A stretch of 64,000 nt of DNA. Origin: Amoebidium appalachense. Taxonomy: Eukaryota; Protista; Ichthyosporea. Shown here piece after piece: positions 1-27,522 of this stretch (position 1 is the stretch's first letter; each line of letters opens with the position of its first letter). The notes below the pieces were generated by a model that did not search any database, had not been told where the DNA came from, and worked only from the letters and a program-made list of their open reading frames with translations. The DNA is taken from positions 9,095,408-9,159,407 of the forward strand of contig CAVNZM010000009.1 of the NCBI GenBank assembly GCA_963693365.1, given 5' to 3'. The position numbers and the translations under genes were made by a program.

Positions 1-109
1 CTGCAGGCTCATGATCGAGAATGGCACCGCCTGTGCCACACACATTCAATATCGGACCACTGATGATTAAACATCGCTGCCATGATCCGTATCGTGTGTC
101 GTGCACGTG

Positions 110-142
110 GTCAAGAGTGGCACAGCCTGTGCCACTCTTGAC
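110..142. repeat. Perfect inverted repeat, 16-bp arms
   Basis: GTCAAGAGTGGCACAG-C-CTGTGCCACTCTTGAC. Confidence 0.9.
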
Positions 143-237
143 TGCTGTGTGCAACTCATCCAGTATGCCCCAACTTGATATATGCACGATATACGAAATG
201 ATATATAGGCTATTATATGAATATGTATGAATATATG

Positions 238-275
<38 letters not shown>

Positions 276-486
276 ACTATATGTAAATATATCCAAATAA
301 ATATAAATAAATAAAGGCTTGTAAATAAATATAAATATATATATACCGGTTGCAGCGGGCGACCCCTCCCAGAACGTCACTTAATTTTCGCCACATGGCA
401 CACCGTCACATGCCACATGTAATAGATACTATTAGTGTCACAATGGCCACACCGTGACACACCCACACACTGAGAAGGAAAAATAC

Positions 487-522
<36 letters not shown>

Positions 523-710
523 CCAACTCCCCTCCCCCCGGGTCTCTCCCACCCCTTATTAACCCGTGGGATTACGATCATGGAAGAGGAGATGGGGAGG
601 AGAGCATGGCGGTTAGGGGATAGAGAGAAAACATCGGAAGAGGTGGAAGAAAGAGTCATTGGAAACGGAGGGAGGGGGGAGGGGGGGGGGGGGGGGGGGG
701 GGGGGAGAGG

Positions 711-745
<35 letters not shown>

Positions 746-1718
746 TGGGTTTGAGGATATCTTATTTACAAACTTACGGCTTGAAGGCCTCCCCCCCCCC
801 CCCCCCCTCCCCTCCCCTCCCCTCCCGCATCCCACGCTGGCGCACATACACATGCAAGCAACTCAAGGGTAGGAGCGAGTGCACGGCGCGCACACACCCA
901 CAGCCATACACACACACACACGTTCGCATACTTACGCACACCCGCCCCATGCCTGCGACAGGGACAGACTGGAGCCCATCAATAAAAGTCTAGGGGGTAG
1001 ATAAACCCGGAAATTTTACAACCACCTCAAACGTGTCTCTGCAAGCAACAACGGAGGGGGAAAACACCGGAGAAGAACTGAAGAAAACCCGACAAAAAGG
1101 CAGCTGCAATGATGAAAAGGTTAATCATGGCGTAATGTGGGAGGGTGCTGGGCGGTGAATCATCGAGAAAAACAAACAAACAAAATTCTAAAAAGACTGG
1201 TGTTATACATTCACACATGATAAATATCCTGTAACGTCTTTTTTAATGTGTATCGTGATGTTTGGAACTATTGGTACAGTAACTGTTGGCCTTGGTGCCG
1301 ACACACCATCACAGCTCACCTAGTAGTACATAGACAGCGTGCACATTCCAAAAATTTAAGGTACATATAAATGTACCTTCCGTCAAAGGATGCATTTGTT
1401 ACCGCGGTAGTGTATCCATGGTGTGACTCAGAGCCTGTAATTGCACACTGTATGTCGGTTGTATATCTGGTGAGGGGGCACATGTGACACTAAGTCTTCT
1501 CATCTCAGAAGTGTGTACATGTGGCCATACTGGGAAGCTCAATAGGCCATGCACACACACACTAGGCTGAACGGTTTTTATAATCGATTTCCCAAAACAT
1601 AAATTTCCGGGTAGACCTGCTAATTCAGTGAATCAAGCCGAGCATACGTGTAGCATAATTCATATAGTATTACCCGTAGATGTGCTGAATTAGTGACTCG
1701 GCAAGAAAGCTAGGCGAA

Positions 1719-1754
<36 letters not shown>

Positions 1755-1996
1755 TCTCTTTCTTGCTGAGACACAGGAGGGAGAGTCGGGTCGGGTTTGG
1801 AGACTGCAAGGCCGGGGCCAGTGCCGCTTGTCTTTTTTGGTTCAACTACTTTTTTTTTTTTTTTCATCATTTCCTTAGACATGGTCTGCCAGACTCAGAA
1901 TGCAGTCAAAACGGTTTTGCATGCGCGTGTGTGAATCAGCGTGATCTCATGTAAACATTTTAACCTGACCGTTTTATATCTAAAAGGGGCACCTTG

Positions 1997-2027
<31 letters not shown>

Positions 2028-2433
2028 AAAAAAAAAAAACTTGGATGACAATACCAATATTATTCCATCAACTAAGATAGCCTATCGGGCCATGATAAAA
2101 TAGTATAATGATAGTATATAATCATAACAATAATCATTGAATACTGTAGTAGTAAATTAAAAATAATCATAGTAATCGTAGAAATCTTAGGAATAATAAC
2201 AAGCAATTGTGGCTTGTACAACGTTGACTCCAAAATCAATGGCATGTCACTGCCGGTTTGATACATCAGTACCTTTTGCCCGTGACTTAATGTGTATACT
2301 AAATTATAATAAAAGGCTTATTAATATCTTATTATAATTTATCAGCAAATCATCTGTCATATGCACGTATCAAATTTCTTATAGAGAGTGCCTACAGTAT
2401 CACCCGCTATGTTTAGTAATATGGGGGTCACTT

Positions 2434-15450
<13,017 letters not shown>

Positions 15451-18410
15451 TTGTAGAATGTGTGATGTAGAAAAAATATAAAGATTTAGAGGCAGGGTTC
15501 ACATGAATTAGTCTTGGTTGACTTTACTTTTTCATTTGCTGTAATCATAATCGAAAAACGTTAGCAATAGAATAAAGCCAAATTAAAGCCAAAAAGACAC
15601 TGAAAGTCGCCTGGGGCTACAAGTTGTGATGGCTTACTACAACAGCATTTCAATAAAACAAATGACATGTGGAGGATCTGCAACTCTCGAATGGGGTTGT
15701 GATGCATGTGTGTGCTTATTTGCATGACGCTTAGCCTTGTGTTCTATACAAATATAGCACTCTAATGTGCCATGCCACGAAAAAAAAAAAAACACATATA
15801 AAGTTGTGTTCTAGGCAATTATGACACTCTAATCTGCCTAGCCACGATAAACGTCACTGGCACATCGATACAGTTTTTGTCGGAGCTGCCGCGGGGGGAG
15901 GGGCTCTGTATCAACTTGAGTCAGGCTGGGGAAGTTGGAGCGGCCTATACGCATTATGATTGGTGGCTTCCGCACCCTATACCCAGGTTCTGATTCGCTT
16001 GTAGAAAACCTAAGATCTCCTTGATGGGGGGTGTCTTTCAAATGGTTTATTTTCTCTTTTTATTGAATCAGTTTCATATCTTATTGAATATATTGATCAA
16101 TAGAAGAAAATGGAAGAATAGAGTTTGAACGCCACAGTAGGAATAATGATTTCCTTGATTATGAAACTGCTAAGCTTCAAAAAGCCTATGCGTAATATTT
16201 GTTATGGGTCGTCATTGAATCGGATATGTAATGAATAAACAGAAGGGAGGCCGGACAGTCTGACTGTCACGAGCAAAGTGGATATCAATAAAGTCATTAT
16301 AAAAAAAGCATTGCACCTTGAGCAGACATAAAACCCCTTTTATAAACAGTTGGGAGGATCACAGTTTGAGCCTCTCCAGGCGGCTGGCCAGCACAGCTGG
16401 GCAGCTAGCCTGTTGCGTTTTAGTTCTATCCCCTGCCGTTGTGTACCAGGAAGCCCTCAAACCATAATGATTTCTTTGCAGTATGTTAAGCTAGACCACC
16501 TTCTTTAATAGGTGGTAGTGGTGCTCCCTTTCCCAACCGTTCACTAATTGTACCTTCGCACTGCGCATGCCACACCCCATACAACGCATGTACACACTCC
16601 GTCTCCTAGCTTGCCTACATATAATATATGTGCGCTTTCATTTCCACATTGAACGTCTGCATCAAAGTGCACCCAATCACCCACCGCCTTTCTTCCCCAC
16701 GCTGCCCTGACCTCCGCCTAATTTTTGAAACCCCCAAACTCCCTTTTCTTCGTGCCTTTCGGGCTGTATTACTGCAACACACTTCCCCTCATGATCACCC
16801 CTTCCCCCATGACGCTCCACTTCTACACACAAATGTACCGCTTTTTACATTCACCACGCAAAACACGCATTTATTATTATAAGTTAACCACATATAACAC
16901 AAGCGCCCGCGTATACACAACCCTCAGTACTGGATGCTTGTTCCACAAGCCATGAAAAACGTGAATGCTCCTTAGATTTAGCAGTGCTACAATGTCATAG
17001 CACTATTTATGGTCACCGTGGGGTTTCCAAAATCGTTCACTGGCACAATGGTTCATTCGATGGGGTGGCATTGAGTTCCTGGTGAGCTGATGTTTTCTAG
17101 ACGGTGGTGCCCTTGCGGGCTACACCCTGAGTGTCTTAGCTGCTGTGTTTCCATTAAATTTTGTTCCGGTGGCCACAATTGCCACCTTCTCTGCCACGGC
17201 CACCCTTGCAGACTGCCGAGCTCACAATGTCATCATGATCACCCACCCTCTTCCCTTCCCGTCACCTTGCACAACACTCCACCATCATCTATGCATTCAC
17301 TTTCTTCCTCTGTCACACGGATATGATAACTGCTCAACTTGAGTCTGTTTCCAATACCTGCGCACCCACGCTGCACACATAATTCTAGCCCCCCCCCCCC
17401 CCCCCCCCCCCCTCTTTTTCTGGAACTGTTTTCTTTGAAAGCTTGACTGTATACGTAAGTAGTCACAGTGTCCGTTTTGTTCTGGCTCTATAGCTAATAA
17501 TTGCTCGAGGCCTTGTGTGGTATTTTACTAAATAACCATAAACTGCATACTGCATCTGTATATTGTAGATATCCACCGAGTCCATGTAGTGTTCAGGAAT
17601 TGCCGTGGGAAGTGGCAAATAAAAATTGCTATGCTACCCAGGCTTGTCCACGGACACAGAGGCACAAGTGGCACTGTGCTCACACAAACACAAAGACAAC
17701 AAGCACACATGCATACACCCGTTCGTGTTCGTTTGGCCACTGCACACCCCCCTGTTCAAAGAAAAAATCAAGACTGCCTAATTTGACCCCTCCCCCCCCC
17801 CTCCCGCCCCCTCCCCCCCCCCCCCCCCCCTCCCCCCCCTCCCCCCCCCCCCCCCTCTCTCTTCCAAACAAACCAAAAATATTACAAGAAAAAAAAAAGA
17901 AGAAGGATTCTAAGAGAAAAGGCCTGCATCCCTAACCCACTGTGACCTGGTCCCCACAGCCCCCCCCCCCCCCCCCCTCCCCCCTCCCCCCGGCCACCCC
18001 CCCTCCCCCCGCTCCTAATCCTCTTGCCCCTTCCTCCCCCCTCCCCTCCCCCCCCCCCCCCCCCCCCTTCCGCGAGCGCAATGCACACGCGCATACCCAG
18101 ACATACACACACGTAGTGTAATCCAGGGGTGTGCATGCGCGCGCACACACACACATGCAAACAAACAAACTAACAAACAACACCAAGGGAACAAGTTGAA
18201 CCGCCACCTGCACAATCACCACCTTGTAGTTGACTTCTATGAACCTACGTTCAAACTTGCATTTCTCGTTCCCAAAGCCTCTGCCAAATTTTGGTATTGG
18301 TAATCATCATAAGTTAATGATATTTGATGATAAAAGTAACCGTTTGATATATTTGGGAAATACTCATTTTATCCACCAATCGGAAGATTGATGGTGTGAT
18401 GATCGGCTCA

Positions 18411-18451
<41 letters not shown>

Positions 18452-19249
18452 CATGGGTATATCGTGATATATATATTCTAGGTAACTGTTCTCTGTCCGT
18501 CTGAGACTCGGAGCCTCTCAACCGCTCCAATACTGTAATTCTGCAGTGGCGGGCGAGGCTCTCGAGCCTACTACTGGTATTCAGGTTCAGAATCTCTCTT
18601 TCATGATAGACACTCTGTGACTGGCAGTCGACATCCATCTCCCTTTTTCTCTGTGTGCGTACCGGAGGACATCATTATTCGTTGTGACTGTGCCGGACCA
18701 ACATCATTTAATAAAGACGGTTTTTAGAACACTGCCGCAATGCCTGGAGACTATGATATGGCACCGTAGGCTTGCACAGCTGTAACCCTTGCGCCCTTGA
18801 AATTGTACTCGGGTGGGCAGGATGTAATGATTTTTCAGAAGGTGCCATAATATTATGCACACAGGCGCTCCTGTGTTGAGTTAGAGGCTACTGTGCATAC
18901 ACCGTCAGTGTGTTACCTCCACAGATATCGATTCTACAGCAACAGTTACTTACACGTGCACCCGTGCCGGTCGTGTCCACACCAGCTGTCCACACCGTGA
19001 GAGAGTTCATCGCAGCAAGACCTTCTCAAATTCGCACGCCAAGTACAGCTCGAGCTTCAGAAACACTCCCCCAACAAGGCTCTTATGCATAGTCATCCAG
19101 CGATTTTGCTCGTGTGACATGGCCACCAATCTTTAAATTTCTCTTAAAGTGTGGGCAGCCCCCCCCCCCCCCCCCCCCCCCCCCTCCTTTCCCCCCCCCC
19201 CCCCCCCACCTCCCTGGCACGTGCCTTCCCTGGTGTCTGCTCAGGTTCT

Positions 19250-19745
19250 ATGTCTTGAGTATGGCTTAATAAAGTTTGCCAATGGGCACCTTTGTGTCTT
19301 CTTACCTGCCGACACCTCGTGTGTTCCTCCAGGTACGTTAGTGCTCGCGTTTCCGGGCACACTTTGTAAACAAAGTGTGGGTCCGCGTCCTATCCCCCGG
19401 ACACTTTTTGTGTCTGAGTATCTTTCGGGCACCCATGTGTCTTTTTACCTGCCGACACCTCGTGTATTCCTCCGGGCACGTCACTTTGTTTACAAAGTGT
19501 GGGTCCGCGCCCTATCCCCCGGACACTTCTTGTGTCTGAGTATCTTTTGGGCACCTATGTGTCTTTTTACCTGCCGGCACCTCCTGTGTTCCTCCGGGCA
19601 CGTTAGTGCTCGCGTTTCCGGGCACACTTTGTTTACAAAGTGTGGGTCCGCGCCCTATCCCCCGGACACTTTTTGTGTCTGAGTATCTTTTGGGCACCTA
19701 TGTGTCTTTTTACCTGCCGGCACCTCGTGTGTTCCTCCGGACACA
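19250..19745. repeat. Minisatellite, ~143-bp unit, ~3.5 copies
   Basis: GTGTGGGTCCGCG(T/C)CCTATCCCCCGGACAC recurs at 19376, 19497 and 19640; one unit is ~22 bp shorter. Confidence 0.9.
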
Positions 19746-20350
19746 TTAGTAGTGCTCGAGATTCCGGTCACGCTTAAGATGTGTGATTCGGCCGTGATTC
19801 CCCGAACACTCTCTGTAATCGAGTAACTCTGACCGTAAATACTTTCAAATGGACGAATACTCAAACCGGTAAATTTTTCAAATAATGATTGGTACTGCCT
19901 GTGACTCCAAGGATGACCTATAGAACTTGTTTTACAGCAGATACCTTTGAAGATCACCCAATGATTCAGAAGGAATCATTGAGAACAGCCAAAAATAACA
20001 AAATGATATGAACTCAGCAATCATGATCCATTGCAGAACATAACAGTACGTCGGACACCCCGGGTCTCAGGTTGCTCAAGTAGTCGGAACATTTTTCGTT
20101 TAAAATTCCGATACCGTACCCGGCCTCGGCAATGCGTAAAGTTCCGAAATCTGCCTCTTCCTTTTTGACAAGTTCACCCGTCATATCAAAACGCGTAAGG
20201 TCCGTCCCTTTGGCTGACCCACACACCATTTTAGGTTCCCTTCTCGGTTTATTGATTGCCCGGAGTGCAAGAACTTCAAGGCTGAACCAGGTGGATTCGG
20301 ATTTCTGTCATAACCCGTTCAGCAAGATTACTAGGCAGGTTTGTACCGGG

Positions 20351-20381
<31 letters not shown>

Positions 20382-21069
20382 AGGGGGAGGTAATGAGGTT
20401 AGGCTAATTTGATGAGGTAAAAAAGGCAAGAAAATGAAGAACTTTATCAACTATGGAGTCGTTTTCGGGCTGATAGAAGGGGCCTGGGGGGGGGGGGGGG
20501 GGGGTTTGCGATCATGATACAATGTACGAGCCCCATCATGAAATACAAAAGCACACACCCACACGCACAAGTTGTGTGACTCAGAGGTGAGCAGGGAGAA
20601 ATGGTGGGACGGGAAGAAGAAGAGAGATAGTGTGTGTCTGTGTGCAGATGCTCCAAACACACACACACACCAACAGAATCTAATGTTTAACTTACCATTT
20701 CCGAAAATGGCTTGCAATTTCTCCCCCCTCCCCCCCCCCCCCCCCCCCCCCTCCCCCCCCCCCCCCCTCCCCCTTATCCTCGCCGATAGCTGTCTCTCAC
20801 AGGGACTACCTCCAAATGCATTATCATAGTATGAAGACATATTGCCAGATCCTAGTCTGCCACTCTCTGTCTCATAAAGTTTCCTATACGCACCCAGACA
20901 AACACAAACACCAACTTCACAGCCATGGCAGCCTCTCCTGCACTCGAGCAACTGCGCACAGCCAATGATTGGTGGAAAAGGGATTGGCTGCTGTGGCCGT
21001 AGATGATTACGTCACAAAGCTGGATGACGACGGCTATGATTACCAGTGACACTGTGTGTGTGTGTGTGT

Positions 21070-21117
<48 letters not shown>

Positions 21118-21492
21118 ATGTGCATTGTCTTAATGTATTAGGGTTTGCCGGAGGGATGTATGTCAATTGAAAGTTCGTGGGCTCCAGGGATGACAAAAAC
21201 ATTACGAAATACACGTGGCACACCGGATACAGGAATAAAGATTGTGCTGTCACGGTGCTTGTGGCTGTAGCCTAATTGGGGTGGGGAGGGTTGGGGTAAA
21301 CAGAATACTGAGAGGGATAACTTAATTAGATAGTCAGTGAGGGATGATCATGAACTATGGGTTCTGATCGGGAAGAGCGGGGATAGTAACGAGTGCGCTT
21401 CGAATCCATGTAGCCTAATGTAGCACTGATTAGACGTTATTACACCACCCACCACACAGCTGAAGGGCATCAACCATTCCAAGCTGCAGCGC

Positions 21493-21979
21493 CTAGCAAA
21501 ACGGGCCGCACCAGGACTGCATATGTGTCACGGTCAAGGAGCTGTATGATGGTGGGTGCTGGTAATATTGTCTGTAATCTGTGTCACTTTGTGTGCGCTC
21601 TTGTGCAAAGTTGAAGTAGGCCGGCGGTGAATGTGAAATTATTCTCGACCCGAATTTGACATACACACCCGTAGATATTCTTGCAATGGCATCGGCTCCT
21701 ACCATAAAGGCAATCGATTTACCTGGCGGCTTTCTCCGGGTGGTGATTAAGAAAGCAGCTGAAACGCGGGGCTTGAAGCTGGTAAGATCTATTAGGGCCG
21801 GCAAGGATGTCGTGGGACTGGTTGGGACGGATGCCCTTGAGTTCATTGTTTTAGAATCTTTAAGCGGTATTGCGTGGAAATTTTGGCTGAAGACTCTTGA
21901 AATTTTGTTGAGTCTCTCATTGGAGTCGCACGAAGTTCTCATAAGATTTGTCAATTTACGGTGTTGTGTTTGGGTGTGA
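21493..21979. other. Non-repetitive island with overlapping ORFs on both strands (153 aa minus, 107 aa plus), function unknown
   Basis: Unusually long open frames in complex sequence; no motif recognised. Confidence 0.25.
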
Positions 21980-23103
21980 AGGGTGTGAGGGGTTTACACA
22001 CTTTTTAGGGTGTTTTTTGCCCTGCGTGTGCGTAACTGTGTGTTTGTTTGTGTGTGTGGTGCCTGGTCTGTGGAAAAGCTTGAGTCGGTTGTGATCAGTT
22101 CGACACATGTTCAAAGTTTTAAATTTCAGTCGAAATCCACTTTTAATACTATGTTTCTCTTTCTTCGTAGCCCAATTCCATGACATGGTTTATATCAATG
22201 CGGTGACATGTTTTTCACTAATTTTAACTTGGTGCAACCTTTTAAACTTTTTACGACTAAATCTCATTCAATTCTTTCAAACTGCACCAATCAAATGTTA
22301 GCGATTTAAAATTTTACAAACTTTGTCGTTATTTTTTTGTTTTTACCCTATCACTTTCTTGATTGATCAGGGTGGCACGGCGTCATGTTGGACGAAAACG
22401 GACATCATAGTGGCCACAACTTACGTTTTTTTTATTGTTATTCTTTATTGTCGTTCTCCGCGTGCTCGTGCGTGTCACTATGAGCAAACTTTGGGCTGCG
22501 GCAAATAATTCTCAACTCTATATCCCAAATTTGTAGGTGAGATATAACACTGCTTCACTCACTTTCATAAATTTAAAAGCTGATTGGGCCGGGTATGGAT
22601 GTTGTTTTGTACGAGCACTTCATGATATATATGGCAAGGGGCAAATTGCAGGGGTCGACACGAATGTGAACAGTCTTGGAAGTTCAAGCTTTTAATAAAT
22701 TGATCGATGTATGATGAATGAAGCCTCATATCCCCCCCCCCCCCCCCCCCCCCCCCCCCTCTCCCCTCAAGAGAAAAGAGAAAAAAAACACACACAATGG
22801 CCACCATCACACAGTGACACATGTACACACACACACACACACCCCGCCATGATGTACATACACACATGTACGATCCTCCCCCCCCCCCCTCCCCCCCCCC
22901 CCCCCCCCCTCCCTCCTTGACCACCACCACACACACACATGATGTACACACACGCACCACGGTGACCACCAGCAAAATATTATAATGAAAACATAGCCAT
23001 AGATGTTACAAAGTTCAATGATAATGGGTAACTCCCGGCGACATGCCTCGGCCCTTTGGCATTACTTTATGCCTAATGCCGTGTACAGCATTCTGAGGAG
23101 GGT

Positions 23104-23149
<46 letters not shown>

Positions 23150-24359
23150 AGCGAGGAACAGTATATGTGACTATGTTTTGAAAGAAGTACGAAGGTTTAC
23201 CTTGAAGCTTAGGGCTTCATGTGCCACTTAGTCTTTGGCAACATCTTGCCCGTAGTAATACTAAGTTAAATGTAAATACAATCGCCTAGTCACTCAGTAT
23301 ATGTCATAATATAAGCAAACATCATATCAAGTGCGTAGGTGAACTCCGTGTAGATACATAAGTTGTGCTGAGCGATATTCCTATATAATCACACGCTCTT
23401 AGACTAGCTTGAATTAATTTCCATAATATTATGGGCTTTGTTTTTAAGTTGCCATGCCTTCACAAGCTCGAACACATGGTTATTGAAGTCAAATGATCAA
23501 TTTGGTGATGCATATGGTACACTACATGTACAGCTGCAGGGCGCACACAGTCACGTGGGTGTACACCACGTGTAGGTGCGCGGGTCGGTGCGCACACCTG
23601 CGTGTGTGCGCCCTGCGCTCATGCGCATGTTTGTGTGCGGGTTGCAATGGGGCCCCGGCGGGCAGGCGGGCGGCGGCGGCGGTGGGGGGGGAGGGGGGGG
23701 GGGGGGGGGGGGGAGGGGGATTGTGTGGCCACGGTGGGATGTGGACGCAGGCCTTTTCTCTCTGTGTGTGTGCTCGCACACGTGTACACATGTTTATGTG
23801 CTCATGCACATGATGCACTGCTTGTACCGTGGTCAGTCCCGGCTGATGAACACACAAAGGTTGAAAATCAGGCATAGTGTGTTCTCGAAGCAACTACGAG
23901 TTTATTCATGATTCAAAATCCTTTAGTCACATTCAGACATGATTTTGAGTTCTCGGTATTCTTTCGATTCTAGATCTGCATGTACAATATTCTATGAATA
24001 TTCTATGCTATTCAACAGACATACAGATCTTGCCACTGGCATTTTGTTATTCAGAATTCCCAAAAGTTACCGCCTGGTCAGTAGGCTAATAGAAAAAGTA
24101 AATACCATACCTACCTATGCACCTACTAAGTTTACGGCTACCGGTTTGATACACCAAACTTACAGTGCCATATGCATGCCTTCGGTATGCAACACACATC
24201 CCAACATACAAACAACTGAACAGACACTACCACAACACACAGTAAATACGGTAATTTTTGCATGCCAGGTATCACAATGAAGAAGAACGTTAACTACAAG
24301 CTTGCAAAGTATCACTCAATCCAAGGCTGGGTTGGATAGTTTTCATATAATGCATGGGC

Positions 24360-24911
24360 CTAATTGCTAGGTGCCTCCCCATCCACAACGGCGGCAGGAG
24401 CAGCAGCAGCCTCTTCAGCCTGTGCACAAATATATATATATATTAGTCTGAAGCAAAAAAGAAAAAAAAATAAACAAGAAAGGAGGGGGGGAAAAAATGA
24501 TATAAAAAAAATTGTGCCCCCCCCCCCCCCCCCCCCAAAAAAAAAGCACGAAGTATCAACGTGTCCACCTCGAAAAATGCAGGTTTTGCATGTAAGCCAG
24601 ATCATTGCATATCACAAAGGGGGTGGTACCAAGGACTGAGAATAGCAATAGTGGTATGGGGCTCAAATAGCAGGCACGGGTTATTATATTTTATTTTCTT
24701 TATTTTATTTATCTATGTTTAATTTTATTTTATTTTATTTTATTGTATTTTTTTTTTTGGGGGGGGGGGGGGGAGAGGGGGGAACACGGTTTGAAGCACA
24801 AATACACGTGGAGAAACACGATGCAGGACACCTCTTGGAACAAGGTTCGAGTATGCTACATCAGGAGAGCGGGAGGGGGGAGGGGGGGCGAGAGAGAGAG
24901 ATGAGAGAGAG

Positions 24912-24962
<51 letters not shown>

Positions 24963-25640
24963 GGGCGGGGGCCGGGGGGGAGGGGGGGGGAGAGGGGGAA
25001 GAGGGGTAAATACCTTAGGCGGCTCCTCTTTCTGGGCTGCATTATCGGCAGGTGCAGCAGCTGCAGCCTTCTTCTGGCCTGGCCGGGGGGCAGTGTCATA
25101 GAATTGCTGTGTGAAGCACAGTGGTGTTAGCATGTGATCATATTCTGGGAGATTTCTTTCTTTCTTTCTTTCTTCTTTTTGACGAAACACACACACGCAC
25201 ATACGCACGGACACACACATTGTCAAACACGCACGTACACACGTACAACCACACACACCCACCCATCGTGGCCCCGCAAGGGGTTTCTCACATAAGTACA
25301 CACACAAAGCAAGCAACACATACAGACTTCCCGAAAAAAAGGAGGAAATGTGTGTTGGGTGTGTGATGTATGAATGCCTGTATGTTCTTGAACTTATTTG
25401 TGTGTGTGTGTGTGTGTGTGTATGACTTTGCATGCAGTTGTGCCTAGAGCCTGTGCCAGTGCTCGTGCCTTTGTGTACGTGTTTCTGTTGTGATGTGTGC
25501 GGACTTGTCTACGGGGGAAGGGGGGATTTCATCCGCAGTACCCAAGTTTCGACCCAAGTCACATAGCTTAGGCACAAGACATCCACCTGAGATACCCACC
25601 TAACGATTTTTCAGATGAGACGAGCAAAGGTCAAGAAAGG

Positions 25641-25676
<36 letters not shown>

Positions 25677-27166
25677 ATGTTTTCTTTCTTTTTTTTTTTT
25701 TTTTTTTTTTTTGGGGGGGGGGGGGGGATGTATGCACTTGATGTGTGCATTAGAAGGATGTAACCATGGGGTAGATACCAAAGGACAAAATATAAAACGT
25801 TACAAGAATAAGAGACCCAAAGGGGGGAGGGGGGGGGGGGGGAGTATCAAGTACCTTGCGTTCCTGTATAGCCTCTAGTGTGGCAGGGATATCGGCCCTG
25901 CTGAGGGGAGCCTTGACTTTGATGAAGCCAAAGTCTCCAATCACACTGATGGGCATCGTCAGGCTGTCGCTCTGCACCAACCCAGTAAATGTGTTAGACA
26001 TTCAACCCCCCCCCCCCCCCCCATTTCCTACCCCCATGCCCTGTCCTTTGCCCCCCCTTTTCCCCTCTACCTCTTTAACAATTAGATCTCCTCTTCCCCC
26101 TCCGTCTCCCTACCTTCCTTCCCCCCCCCCCCCCCCCCCCCCCTCCCCCGTTCTCCCATCTTCTTTAGTACCATATTTTTTTTTCCACGAACTTCCTACC
26201 CCAACTCCTCGCTGTCGTACCCATCTTCGATGCTCTGCCCTCAGTATTTTTGGTCCATGCCTCCCACCTATCCTATCCCAAGGTCCATTTGTCACACCAT
26301 TTACCTGCTTCCACCACTCCCCATGTTCCTCCTCCTTCCCCCTTCCCCTCTCCTCCCTATGAAATGCACACAGCCAATTCAAAAAGGCCGTTTAACCCAT
26401 AGCCTATTGATTCAAAAACAGTCCCCCCCCCTCCCCCCCCCCCCCCCCCCACACACACACACAAAAAAAAACAAACAAACAAACAAACAGACAAACACTC
26501 ACACATATGACACACAGCCTCTCCCGACATCTCCCGAGGGCCCCCCATCTCCCTCATGTATGGAATACACCATACTCGTAAATCGGTTAAGACGTTAAAG
26601 AACAACCATCTCTCTCATACTCGTAAATCGGTTAAGACGTTAAAGAACAACCATCTCTCTCATACTCGTAAATCGGTTAAGACGTTAAAGAACAACCATC
26701 TCTCTCCCATTTCTGTTCATCACCTTTCTGACCTTCGTCCATAAAAAGCAGATAGCATGGCAACCCCCCAAACCCTCTCCCCCAAAAAGAAGAAAAAAAA
26801 ACAAAGAAAAAGAAAAAGAAAAGCACACAAACAACACCTGCTCACATGCACAAATTCCGACAAACAGAATGGCACTCTACCTGCCTTCAGATCCGACAAA
26901 GCACACATCAAAGACACATCACGTAAACTCATCAAACCGCTCACCTTTCCGACGTTCAAGCCGCCCTTCTTCTTCTTATTCTTCTTACCCGCACCACCCT
27001 CCACCCCGTTCATAAGGAAAGCATATTCACTCTCCTGCTCCGCCTTTTTGTTGATGATCTTGGCCCCCTCCTCAAGTTCGATTTCCTGTTGTTGGAAAAA
27101 AAAAGAAGTAATAAGACGATATGTTGATACATCATAAAGGCAGATTTGCTCACGTTTGACCCCCCC

Positions 27167-27218
<52 letters not shown>

Positions 27219-27477
27219 AGAAAGAAAGAGAAATTGGAGTGGGGAAAAAACAGACAAACAAATCAATAAAAGAAAAAAAGAAAAAGCATCCCTGTCCAAT
27301 GGCCTCATCAGCACCAAACTCACAGCTCACCTATGAATTCATTCTTTCTTTTTTACCACCATACATTTAACCTACCCCCCCCCCCCCCCCCCAAAAAAAA
27401 AGAAAATAAATAAATAAACAAATAAATCGAATAACCCGCCCACCACTACGCACATACACAGGTGCGCCCACGAACAC

Positions 27478-27522
<45 letters not shown>

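Noticed and set aside
15838-16041. 67-aa minus ORF upstream of RhoGAP as an extra exon
   Set aside because: Non-ATG start, own stop, no clear donor; the ATG at 15450 already gives a coherent gene.
19250-19745. CRISPR-like array or coding repeat
   Set aside because: The whole unit repeats without spacers, and the unit lengths (121, 143) are not multiples of 3.
26571-26705. CRISPR-like array
   Set aside because: Identical 45-bp units with no unique spacers, inside a eukaryotic intron; no cas genes.
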